Source of the DNA: an uncultured Verrucomicrobiota bacterium
Lineage (GTDB): Bacteria > Verrucomicrobiota > Kiritimatiellia > RFP12 > UBA1067
Direction of reading: 5' to 3'
Assembly (NCBI GenBank): GCA_946615875.1
Contig: CAMOIK010000001.1
Coordinates: 1-50,028, forward strand
Length of the DNA: 50,028 nucleotides
Shown here: piece after piece, positions 17,354 through 26,805 of the stretch
Layout: every line of letters starts with the position of its first letter
Position numbering within the stretch: the first letter of the stretch is position 1
Position numbers and translations under genes: made by a program
Notes under the pieces: model-generated
Databases searched by the model: none
What the model was told of the DNA's origin: nothing
Seen by the model: the letters and a program-made list of their open reading frames with translations, nothing else

Positions 17354-18424
17354 CTATTCGGGCGGCGTCCAGTTCTGCATGGCGGAGTGAAGTTCTTCGA
17401 CGCGAGAGAGGTATTTGGCGGCTTCGCCCTGCGCCACCGCGTCCTTCGATTCCTGGAGGCGCGCTACTCTGTCCATCGTGCTCTTGTAGAACGCGGCGGC
17501 CTTTTTCGCCTCAACGGGCTTCTTGACCGGCTTGGCTGCTTCGCGCTCGCAGGAGGCGACGATCTTGATCATCTTCTGGCGGTCCGGATACTTCTTCAGG
17601 CGGTTGTTGAGCGAGGCCAGCTTCCTGTCGGATTTCAAGTCCGGCCACATCTTCAGCAATTCCTCTATGTCCCACATGGCCTGTCCCGGCGAAGAGTTGG
17701 AGTCGGAGATAAGCTCGGTCAGCCGCATGTCGCGTTTCTGGACGATTGCCGCCGAGAGGTGGCGGGCCTCCTCCGCCACGGCGGGATCTTTGTCTGCGGA
17801 CATCTTGCGCAGCCAGTTCAGGCCGGGTTTCATGGAATGGCCTTGGCTGAAGTGGTTCGTCACGTCGCCGGCGAGTTTGTCCACCTTGGCGATGCCGAAG
17901 ATCGGATGTTCGCGAGGCAGTTTGCGCACTGCCGCGAACGCGGCGGACGACGCCTTGGAGAAGTCGGTGCCGCTGTGCAGGACCTTGCCGTTCGTGCCGA
18001 CGACGTAGAAGAAGGGGAGTGATTTCGCGGCCGGCTCGCCTTCGGCCAGGCCGGCGTCGTTGTAGATCGGGATGCTCTTCTCCAGCGGTATTTCAAGATC
18101 CTTCATGGTTTCGGCGAACTTCGCCGCGTTCATGCGGTGTCCGCGCAGCGAGGCGATCGCTTTCAGACGGTAGAATTTGCTGTTTCTCGCCGTGCTCATG
18201 GCCTTGACCACCTTGTCGAGCGGCAGTTTCTTTATGGAGTCCTCGTTGAACGCCGCCACGATGACGACGGTGTCGATCAAGTCTTCCGGCTCGATAATCG
18301 CGCCGTTCACGCGGTTCTTCTCGCCGAGGCCGCGCCAGATTTCCTTGCCGTCATGTCCTGCCGCGCTGCCGCACATGGCCGTGAACCCGGCAAGCGCCGC
18401 CAACATCCACTGTTTCGCTTTCAT
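17354..18424 (-). CDS. secreted hypothetical protein: N-terminal thioredoxin-fold-like region without CxxC, then a Lys-rich helical C-terminal half
   Basis: The signal peptide is MKAKQWMLAALAGFTAMCGSAAG. The ORF is 356 aa and is directly preceded by a promoter box. No family is assigned with confidence. Confidence 0.65.
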   Translation of the reverse strand: MKAKQWMLAALAGFTAMCGSAAGHDGKEIWRGLGEKNRVNGAIIEPEDLIDTVVIVAAFNEDSIKKLPLDKVVKAMSTARNSKFYRLKAIASLRGHRMNAAKFAETMKDLEIPLEKSIPIYNDAGLAEGEPAAKSLPFFYVVGTNGKVLHSGTDFSKASSAAFAAVRKLPREHPIFGIAKVDKLAGDVTNHFSQGHSMKPGLNWLRKMSADKDPAVAEEARHLSAAIVQKRDMRLTELISDSNSSPGQAMWDIEELLKMWPDLKSDRKLASLNNRLKKYPDRQKMIKIVASCEREAAKPVKKPVEAKKAAAFYKSTMDRVARLQESKDAVAQGEAAKYLSRVEELHSAMQNWTPPE

Positions 18425-18427
18425 GGC

Positions 18428-18450
18428 CGATAGTATAGCATATTTTCGCC
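18428..18450 (-). promoter_or_regulatory. variant promoter box GGCGAAAATATGCTATACTATCG (TATACT at 18437-18432)
   Basis: It has the same flanks as the main box, with TGC in place of TGG. The ATG at 18424 is 7 nt after the hexamer. Confidence 0.6.
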
Positions 18451-18540
18451 GCTTCGTCTATGGCAAAACGACACGCGCGACAGGCGCGGCAGATGGCGTC
18501 GATAGCGGCTGGGCGGTGCATGCCATAGGCCGCCGCTTGT

Positions 18541-18699
18541 TCCATATATAGACTGCCTCTTCTCCATATATGGACTGCCCCCTGCTCTATATATAGACTA
18601 CCCTCTTCTCTATATATAGACTGCCGCCTTCTCCATATATAGACGGCCGCTTCTCCATATATGGACTGCCGCCCGCTCCATATATGGCGTCGCCGAGTC
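18541..18699 (+). repeat. iteron-like tandem array, 7 units of 22-23 bp, unit TC(C/T)ATATAT(A/G)GAC(T/G)GCC-N5-6
   Basis: Units start at 18541, 18563, 18586, 18609, 18632, 18654 and 18677; the last unit is degenerate. Units 3 and 4 contain the AT-only palindromic core TCTATATATAGA. The array lies in the divergent intergenic region between two promoter boxes. Confidence 0.9.
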
Positions 18700-18816
18700 C
18701 CCAAGGGCGGCGGTTGGGCGGTGATGCAAGCCAATGGGAGCGACGAAGGCGCAAGCCCCATGATGCGCTTGCGCGGCAACCCGGATGCGAACACGCACGG
18801 CGCGCGGCTCGCGCCC

Positions 18817-18848
18817 TTGACCCGCTGCGCGGAATTATGGTATAATAG
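18817..18848 (+). promoter_or_regulatory. promoter: -35 TTGACC (18817-18822), 18-bp spacer, extended -10 TTATGGTATAATAG (TATAAT at 18841-18846)
   Basis: It is the only box in the window with a clear -35. It lies 27 nt upstream of the ATG at 18873, which has the SD AAAGGAAAG. Confidence 0.7.
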
Positions 18849-18872
18849 CGACACCTGAAAGGAAAGACAGAC

Positions 18873-19511
18873 ATGAGAGACTTGTTCATTTGCTGTGCGG
18901 GCGGGCTGGGGCGCGAAGCGGTCTGGACTGTCGAGCGCATCAACAAGGCTGCTCAGCAGCCTCTCTGGAACGTAATCGGCTTCGCGGACGACGATCCTGC
19001 CAAGGCCGAAGGGAATTTCGAGGGCTATCCGATGCTCGGGAGCTGCGAGAAGGCTTCCAAGGACTACCCCGGCGCGTCGGTGTTCATTGCGATAGGCGAC
19101 AACAAGCTGCGCGCCGAGATATACAGGCGGCTGCGCGGGCACGACTTTCCGGCGATCATCGACCCGTCGGCGCAGGTCTCGCCCACGACCGAGTTCAAGC
19201 ACGGCACCTACATCGCCGCCGAGGCCGTGGTTTCGGTGGGCACGGAGATAGGCAAGTTCGCGATCATCAACGCCCGCGCCGGAGTCGGCCACGATTGCCA
19301 GCTGGGCGACTTCGTGCAGATTTCGCCCGGCGTCTCCATTTCCGGGAACTGCAAGATCGGCGACTACGTGCTGATGGGCACCAACTCCTGCACCGCGCCG
19401 CACATGACCGTGGGCGACAACGCGACGGTGTGCGCCGGCACGCCCGTCTTGAAGGATGTGGGGCCTGGCGAGACGCTCTCGCCTTTCGGCACGCTGAAGA
19501 GCCAGGCGTGA
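18873..19511 (+). CDS. sugar O-acyltransferase, NeuD/PglD-like hexapeptide-repeat family
   Basis: The N-terminal Rossmann-like LFICCAGGLGREA is followed by left-handed beta-helix hexapeptide repeats (IGKFAIINARAGVGHDCQLGDFVQISPGVSISGNCKIGDYVLMG). Confidence 0.8.
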   Translation: MRDLFICCAGGLGREAVWTVERINKAAQQPLWNVIGFADDDPAKAEGNFEGYPMLGSCEKASKDYPGASVFIAIGDNKLRAEIYRRLRGHDFPAIIDPSAQVSPTTEFKHGTYIAAEAVVSVGTEIGKFAIINARAGVGHDCQLGDFVQISPGVSISGNCKIGDYVLMGTNSCTAPHMTVGDNATVCAGTPVLKDVGPGETLSPFGTLKSQA

Positions 19512-21955
19512 AGTGGGCGCTGTACAACCTGGCGTTCGCGCTGGTGTTCCCGGCGCTGCTGCCGGGATTTTTGCTGCGGATGGCGCGGCGGGGCGGCTAT
19601 CGCGCCCGCATTGGCGACCGCTTCGCCCTCTACCCTGAAAGCGTTATCGACGCCTTCGCCGCGCGGTCCGTCTCCGGCGCGGCGCCGGTCTGGATACACG
19701 CCGTCTCGGTGGGCGAAGTGCAGGTGGCGCTGCAGCTGATGAGGGAGTGGCGCGCCGCCGAGCCGGACGTGCGTTTCTGTTTCTCGACCACCAGCTCGAC
19801 GGGCTGGAAGATCGCGGAAGGGGGGGTGGGCGCCAACGACGTGCTGATATACAACCCTCTCGACTTCCCCAACTTCGTGAAATCGGCGCTGCGCACGGTG
19901 CGGCCGCGCGCCATCGTCCTCACAGAGAGCGAGATATGGCCGGTCTTCATACGCCGCGCAAGGAAGGCCGGAATCCCGCTCTTCCTGATCAACGCCCGCG
20001 TAAGCGACCGCAGCGCCCCGCGCTATCGCCTGGCCAGATGGTTCTTCAAGGACGTGTTTTCCTGCTTCACCGCCATTTTCGCCCAGTCTCGCCTGGACGC
20101 CGAGCGCCTGATCGCGGCAGGGGTGCCGTCCGGCATAGTCAAGGTGACGGGCAGCTTCAAGTTCGACGTGGCGCGGCGCAACCCGTCCAAGGAGAAGGAG
20201 TTGGCGGACTGGATCGCCGCTTCCTGCGGCGCGGCGGACGCGCCGCGCCGCCGCATACTCCTTGGCGCGTCCACCTGGCCGGGTGAGGACGAGGTGATGC
20301 TGCGGGTCTACGCCGCCATGCCGGACGACGTGCTGCTGGTCATCGCGCCACGCCACTTCGAAAAGGCGGATGCCGTGGAGGCGAACATCGTCAAGGCGGG
20401 CTTCCGCTGCGTCAGGCGCTCGAAAGGCGGCAGCGCAAACGCCGATTGCGGCGGCGCCAGGTGCGTCTTCCTGGCCGACACCACCGGCGAGCTGATGGGA
20501 CTCTACGGCATCGCGGACGCCGTGTTCGTGGGCAAGTCGCTGTGCGAGCACGGCAGCCAGAACATGATCGAGCCGTGCCTCTGCGGCAAGCCCACCGTCG
20601 TGGGGCCGAACACCGAGAACTTCCGCCCGGTCATGAGCGACCTGCTGGAGGCGGGGGCGATAGTCCAGGCCGGCGACGAGGCGCAGGTCGCCGCCACGCT
20701 CGTCAAATGGCTCTCGCCGGAGGGACGCTCCGAAGCGCAGGCGCTGGGGGCGCGCGCCGCCGCCGCCGTCGCCGGGCGCGTGGGCGTGGTGCCGCGCTGC
20801 CTCGGCGAGATACGCGACGCGCTTGGCCTCGCCGCGCCGCCGCAGGAGGTGGCGCACGGCACGCGTCGGCGCACTCCTTGGCTTTGGCTCGCGCCGACGG
20901 CCGTGGCCGTCGCGCTGGCCGCGGCCATCCTCTCTGGCGGCAGACCGGACGCTCAGGACTTCGACGCCATCGCGGATGCCGCCGCGGAGCATTTCAGATA
21001 CAGGCCGCTCGACACCATCGAACGCTTCATCGGGCGCATCGAGAAGCCTGACGCGTCGGCCACCAACGACATCGTCTTCGTCAAGGACGGCAGACGCAGA
21101 AACTGGAGCGACGTGATTCGCGCCGCTTCGCCGGACGCCGCGATCGTGTGGCCGCTGGACGTCCGCGACATGACCATGGCGGAGTTCAAGGAAGCGCTCG
21201 ACTCTTTCCCGTGCCGAGACGCGCACCTGTGGATGCCGGGCGAGACCGATTGGGTGCTGGCCGGGCGCATCGCGCCCGCCAGCGTCGCGATAGGCGACAT
21301 CCTGGAGGCGTTCTCCGACGAGACCGCCATAGACGATCTGGCGGAGGCCAGGTGCGACACGCTCCCGGAGTTCTTCGCCAACTACGTCGGCGACAGGATG
21401 ACGTGCATGGGCGCGTTTACGGGCGACCTCTCCGCCAAAGTCGCGCCGGAAAGGTTCGTCACGCAGGAGATACCGGACGTCGGATGGGTCGCGCCGGGCG
21501 ATCTCGACGAGGACATACTTGAAGCCACGGCGCAGGAGATGCGCTCGCTCATGCTCGTGCGCCGCAGCGTGATAGAGGGCAACATGCTCGCCAAGCAGGG
21601 CAAGACGGACGACGCGATAGAGAAATGGGCCTCCGCCCTGCTGCGCAATCCGCACGACACCATGCTTCTCGGCCGCCTCCACCGCCTCGCGGTCAATGCC
21701 ATAACCTTTGAGAAGGTCGGCAACATGAGCGCCGCCGCCAAGTGCTACGAAACGATGCTTTGCGTCTGCCCGACAGACATCGCCGCCGTCATGGCCTATG
21801 CGAACTGCCTCCGGCGGCTCGGCAAGAACCAGATGGCGGACGACGTGATGAAGCGCGTCGAGAGCCTGAAGCGCTCCATGGCCGCCGAGGAGGCCGGCGA
21901 GAAGGGCGGCGACGCGCCGACGCCGCCACAGGAAAACCGAAAGGAGGAGAAATGA
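19508..21955 (+). CDS. waaA: 3-deoxy-D-manno-octulosonic acid (Kdo) transferase fused to a C-terminal TM helix plus a ~350-aa uncharacterised/TPR-like module
   Basis: GTG at 19508 overlaps the upstream stop (GTGA). The WaaA motifs are VWIHAVSVGEV and a GT-B C-lobe (GGSQNMIEP-type SLCEHGSQNMIEP). A hydrophobic helix, PWLWLAPTAVAVALAAAILSGG, lies at about 20875-20940. An unassigned domain follows, then TPR-like helices and an acidic/Lys tail. The total is 815 aa, against about 420 for a typical WaaA. Confidence 0.8.
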   Translation: MKWALYNLAFALVFPALLPGFLLRMARRGGYRARIGDRFALYPESVIDAFAARSVSGAAPVWIHAVSVGEVQVALQLMREWRAAEPDVRFCFSTTSSTGWKIAEGGVGANDVLIYNPLDFPNFVKSALRTVRPRAIVLTESEIWPVFIRRARKAGIPLFLINARVSDRSAPRYRLARWFFKDVFSCFTAIFAQSRLDAERLIAAGVPSGIVKVTGSFKFDVARRNPSKEKELADWIAASCGAADAPRRRILLGASTWPGEDEVMLRVYAAMPDDVLLVIAPRHFEKADAVEANIVKAGFRCVRRSKGGSANADCGGARCVFLADTTGELMGLYGIADAVFVGKSLCEHGSQNMIEPCLCGKPTVVGPNTENFRPVMSDLLEAGAIVQAGDEAQVAATLVKWLSPEGRSEAQALGARAAAAVAGRVGVVPRCLGEIRDALGLAAPPQEVAHGTRRRTPWLWLAPTAVAVALAAAILSGGRPDAQDFDAIADAAAEHFRYRPLDTIERFIGRIEKPDASATNDIVFVKDGRRRNWSDVIRAASPDAAIVWPLDVRDMTMAEFKEALDSFPCRDAHLWMPGETDWVLAGRIAPASVAIGDILEAFSDETAIDDLAEARCDTLPEFFANYVGDRMTCMGAFTGDLSAKVAPERFVTQEIPDVGWVAPGDLDEDILEATAQEMRSLMLVRRSVIEGNMLAKQGKTDDAIEKWASALLRNPHDTMLLGRLHRLAVNAITFEKVGNMSAAAKCYETMLCVCPTDIAAVMAYANCLRRLGKNQMADDVMKRVESLKRSMAAEEAGEKGGDAPTPPQENRKEEK

Positions 21956-22665
21956 GAAGGCTGTCCATCGCGCTGGCGCTCGCCGGCTCGGTCTTCGCGG
22001 GCTGTTTCACCATACACCGCTCGGAACTCCCCGACGTGCAGATGTCGCGTCTGCCGCAGGGACGCGAGGTCAGGGTGGCGCTGGCCGGTTTCGAGGCCAC
22101 CGTCACCACCTACCTCCCCATCCGCGAACAGACGACCGTCTGGAGCGACGGGCCGGGCTACTATCATCGCGGACGCCGCCACGACTACTACGGACCGCGC
22201 ACGGAAACCTGGACCTCCACCACCTACGTGCCGCAGGTGCGCGACGACGACACCTTTATCAAGTTCGCCGCCGACACGCTGGAAGGCGCGGGCTGCATAA
22301 TGGCCTCCACCAACATCGACTACGTCGTCGATGTGCGCTTCGGCGGGCCGGAAATCACCAACACCGACAGGACGGTCGAGGCCCTCTGGGTCGTCCTTTC
22401 GCTGCTTTCCGCCGATTACAGCGCGCAGACGCGCACGGCGCGCATGAAGATACGCGACGGCGAGACCGGCAAGGTGGTGTTCATGCGCGACTACACCGAA
22501 AAGTGTTCGGCCGCCGTCTGGGGGCCGATCCCGATATTCTCGCCTCTGGCGGCGACCGACACGGGCGACGCCGCCATGCAGGCCAGGGCGTTGAACGCGC
22601 TGACCTTGCGGGCGATGGCCGACGCCACGGCGTTTCTCGCCTCGGCATCCGCTGCGGCGCAATGA
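21952..22665 (+). CDS. lipoprotein, function unknown
   Basis: ATG at 21952 overlaps the waaA stop (ATGA) and is preceded by AAGGAGGAG. The lipobox is LAGSVFAGC. Confidence 0.7.
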   Translation: MRRLSIALALAGSVFAGCFTIHRSELPDVQMSRLPQGREVRVALAGFEATVTTYLPIREQTTVWSDGPGYYHRGRRHDYYGPRTETWTSTTYVPQVRDDDTFIKFAADTLEGAGCIMASTNIDYVVDVRFGGPEITNTDRTVEALWVVLSLLSADYSAQTRTARMKIRDGETGKVVFMRDYTEKCSAAVWGPIPIFSPLAATDTGDAAMQARALNALTLRAMADATAFLASASAAAQ

Positions 22666-23804
22666 AGATCCCGGTGACAGCCTGGTGGGCGGCGTCCGCA
22701 CTGGGCGTCGGCCCCGAGGAGATGGCCGCGCACCTCAGGCGCGGCGAAGCGCCGGGTATGCGCCGCATCTCCGGCGACATCCCGGGACGCGAAATTTTCT
22801 TTGGAGGGATAGACGCTCCTCTGCCGGAGATCGGCGACGCCCGCTGGAACATGAGGGCGTGCCGCCTCCTCGAACTGGCCATTGGCGGGATGCGCGACGA
22901 ACTGGCCGCGGCCATAGCCCGCCATGGCGCCGCCCGCGTGGGCGTGGTGCTGGGCGCCAGCAACACGGGCGTCGACGAGGCCGAAAGCTTCGTAGATCGC
23001 TGGCTGGCGGAAGGAGAGAAGCCAGGCGAGATGGAGTTTTCCATGCTGGAGCTTGGCACCCCCGCCGCCTATCTGGCTGGGAGGCTCGGCATAGAGGGAC
23101 CGGCTTACGTCGTATCGACGGCGTGCTCCAGCGCCGCCAAGGCGTTCGGTGCCGCCGAGCGACTGATACGCGGCGGCGTCTGCGACGCCGTCGTCACCGG
23201 CGGCGTGGACGGCAGATGCCGCTTCGCGATGAACGGTTTCGCCGCTCTCGGCGCGCTGGCGCAGGAACGCTGCCGCCCTCTCGCGCCGGATCGCGACGGC
23301 ATAAATCTCGGCGAGGCGGTGGCTTTGTTTTTGCTGGAGGCCCCAGGGCGTTCCCAAGGCGCGGCGGCGTTTCTCTGCGGCGTCGGCGAGAGCAGCGACG
23401 CCTACCACGCCACCGCCCCGGACCCGGAAGGACGCGGAGCGGAGGCCGCTATGCGCGCGGCCATCGCCGCCGCAGGCATTCGCCCGGCTGACGTCGCATA
23501 CGTCAATCTCCACGGCACGGGCACACAGGCGAACGACGCGATGGAGTTGAAGGCGCTCGGGCGCGTGTTCGGCTTCTCCACGGAAGACGCGCTTTCGCGC
23601 TCCTCGTCGCCGCGCCTGGATGTGGCGGGGCTGGCGGCGGAGAGCACAAAGCATTTGACCGGCCACTGCCTGGGCGCGGCGGGCGCCATCGAGGCCGCCA
23701 TATGTCTGCTGCGGCTGGACGAACTGGGCGGCGGCGGGGCGGCGCTCAGCAACTCTTTCGCGTTCGGAGGCTCAAATGCAAGCGTCGTCTTACAGTCTAG
23801 GTGA
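22662..23804 (+). CDS. beta-ketoacyl-[ACP] synthase family protein (KAS I/II-like, 380 aa)
   Basis: ATG at 22662 overlaps the upstream stop (ATGA). The Cys-His-His triad context is STACSSAAKAF, DAYHATAPDP and NLHGTGTQAND, plus a C-terminal SFAFGGSNAS. Confidence 0.85.
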   Translation: MKIPVTAWWAASALGVGPEEMAAHLRRGEAPGMRRISGDIPGREIFFGGIDAPLPEIGDARWNMRACRLLELAIGGMRDELAAAIARHGAARVGVVLGASNTGVDEAESFVDRWLAEGEKPGEMEFSMLELGTPAAYLAGRLGIEGPAYVVSTACSSAAKAFGAAERLIRGGVCDAVVTGGVDGRCRFAMNGFAALGALAQERCRPLAPDRDGINLGEAVALFLLEAPGRSQGAAAFLCGVGESSDAYHATAPDPEGRGAEAAMRAAIAAAGIRPADVAYVNLHGTGTQANDAMELKALGRVFGFSTEDALSRSSSPRLDVAGLAAESTKHLTGHCLGAAGAIEAAICLLRLDELGGGGAALSNSFAFGGSNASVVLQSR

Positions 23805-24219
23805 ACTCATTCCGCATCGCGACGCGATGGTGCTGATCGACGAAGTCGTCTCTTGCGATCTCGCCGCCGCCACGCTGACCGCCGCATTCACGGCGAAGCC
23901 GCAGTGGCAGGAGAACTGGACGGCGATAGAGTTCATGGCGCAGACCGCCGCCGCGCTGGCCGGCGCATCCGACCGCGCGGCGGGATGGCGCGGCGCGCCG
24001 CGCCCGGGCTTCCTGCTCGGCACGAGAAAACTGGAACTGTTCCTGGATCGTTTCGTCGTCGGCCGCCGCTATCTGGCGACCGCCCGCAACTCCTTCTGCG
24101 CAGACGGCGCCGCGAGCTTCGAATGCGAAATCCGCGACGGCGAGACGCTCGTCGCGAAGGCCACGCTCACCGCATACAGGCCGGACGACGCCGGCGCCTC
24201 GCTCGACTCCTTCGCCTAG
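23776..24219 (+). CDS. hotdog-fold 3-hydroxyacyl-ACP dehydratase-like protein (FabZ/ApeI-like)
   Basis: ATG at 23776 lies 5 nt after GGAGG, inside the 3' end of the KAS gene (29-nt overlap). LIPHRDAMVLIDEV and IEFMAQTAA are typical of hotdog dehydratases. Confidence 0.7.
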   Translation: MQASSYSLGELIPHRDAMVLIDEVVSCDLAAATLTAAFTAKPQWQENWTAIEFMAQTAAALAGASDRAAGWRGAPRPGFLLGTRKLELFLDRFVVGRRYLATARNSFCADGAASFECEIRDGETLVAKATLTAYRPDDAGASLDSFA

Positions 24220-24225
24220 TCTGCG

Positions 24226-25191
24226 CTACAGCACCGACATCGCCAGAGCGATTATCGGAGGCATCGTGACGATGCTCAACAGCGTAGTGGCGCTGACCAG
24301 CCCCACGGAAAGATCCACGTCGCGCCCGAACTTCGCCGCGAATATCGCCACCATGGCGGCGACCGGCGCGGACGCCGCGACAACCATGGACAGCATCATG
24401 TCCCGGTCCAGCCAGTGCCGCAGGGGATAAAGCGCGGCGAGCATCGTCAGAGGGAACGCGACTAGGCGCATTCCCGCCGCCGCGTAGGCAGCCTTCGTCC
24501 TTGCCACGCCGCGAAGATTCGCGCCGGCCAGATAGTAGCCGATGGCCAGCATCGCCATGGGCGTGTTCAGCGCCGCCATCATCGCCACCGGCTGTGCCAG
24601 CATCTGCGGCAGCGTCGTGCGGGAGACGAAAAGCCCCATGCCGATCGCCAGCCCCACCGTGCCGGGATTCAGCAGAAACGGCGAGCGCAGCGCGGCCAAC
24701 GCCGAACGCCGCGTCGCCGACACGCCGCCGTCGCTCTCCGCCCCATTCATCTGCCACAGGCCCCAGCTCCACATCGCCACGTTGAACACCACCACATAGA
24801 CGATGCCGAAGAATACGCCCCGTTCGCCGAGTATCGCGTATTCGAGAGGGATGCCCATGAAACCGGCGTTGGAGAACACCGCCGACAGGCGCAGCACGGG
24901 GCGGCGCGGCGAGTCGCCGCCTCGGAAGAGCGCGGACGCCGCCGCGATCGCCACGCAGTGCGCCACAGTCGACACCGCGAACGCCGCCGCCAGCTGGCGC
25001 AGCATGGCGCCGTCGAACGGGCGCTGGAACACGTCTATGATAAGCGACGGGGTGACGAGGACGACGAGGATGTTCACCATGCCTTTGACGGCGGCGTCAT
25101 CTGCCAGCCGCGCCAGCCGGCACGCCGCGCCGGCCGCAACCAGCATGAACAGAATCCACACCTGCGAGGATACTGCAAGGAAGTTTTCCAT
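24226..25191 (-). CDS. AEC (auxin efflux carrier) family transporter
   Basis: It is a polytopic membrane protein of 321 aa. The FSNAGFMGIPL motif and two-lobe hydrophobic architecture are typical of AEC permeases. Confidence 0.8.
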   Translation of the reverse strand: MENFLAVSSQVWILFMLVAAGAACRLARLADDAAVKGMVNILVVLVTPSLIIDVFQRPFDGAMLRQLAAAFAVSTVAHCVAIAAASALFRGGDSPRRPVLRLSAVFSNAGFMGIPLEYAILGERGVFFGIVYVVVFNVAMWSWGLWQMNGAESDGGVSATRRSALAALRSPFLLNPGTVGLAIGMGLFVSRTTLPQMLAQPVAMMAALNTPMAMLAIGYYLAGANLRGVARTKAAYAAAGMRLVAFPLTMLAALYPLRHWLDRDMMLSMVVAASAPVAAMVAIFAAKFGRDVDLSVGLVSATTLLSIVTMPPIIALAMSVL

Positions 25192-25218
25192 CGCTCTCGG
25201 ATCAGGCGCCTGCGCCGC

Positions 25219-26757
<1,539 letters not shown>

Positions 26758-26761
26758 GGAC

Positions 26762-26784
26762 GCATATTATAGCATATTTTCGGC
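26762..26784 (-). promoter_or_regulatory. promoter box GCCGAAAATATGCTATAATATGC (TATAAT at 26771-26766), guaA
   Basis: The box flanks are conserved, with TGC in place of TGG. The guaA ATG at 26757 is 8 nt after the hexamer. Confidence 0.65.
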
Positions 26785-26805
26785 GCTCCGTGCTTTGTGC
26801 GCCGG

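Noticed and set aside
18541-18699. The tandem arrays at 18541-18699 and 38675-38827 considered as CRISPR arrays.
   Set aside because: The period is only 22-23 bp, with about 14 conserved and 8-9 variable nt per unit. That is far too short for repeat-spacer units. There are no cas genes and no leader-like organisation.
18351-19403. ORFs translating the repeat arrays and promoter boxes. Examples are 18351..19403(-), 18587..18946(-), 18661..18858(+), 38495..38755(-), 38745..38945(-) and 5637..5873(-).
   Set aside because: The peptide repeats (SLYIEKR, PYMEKR, and LYHIF or KYGIICG from promoter boxes) merely mirror the DNA repeats. There is no SD/start context, and they overlap better-supported features.
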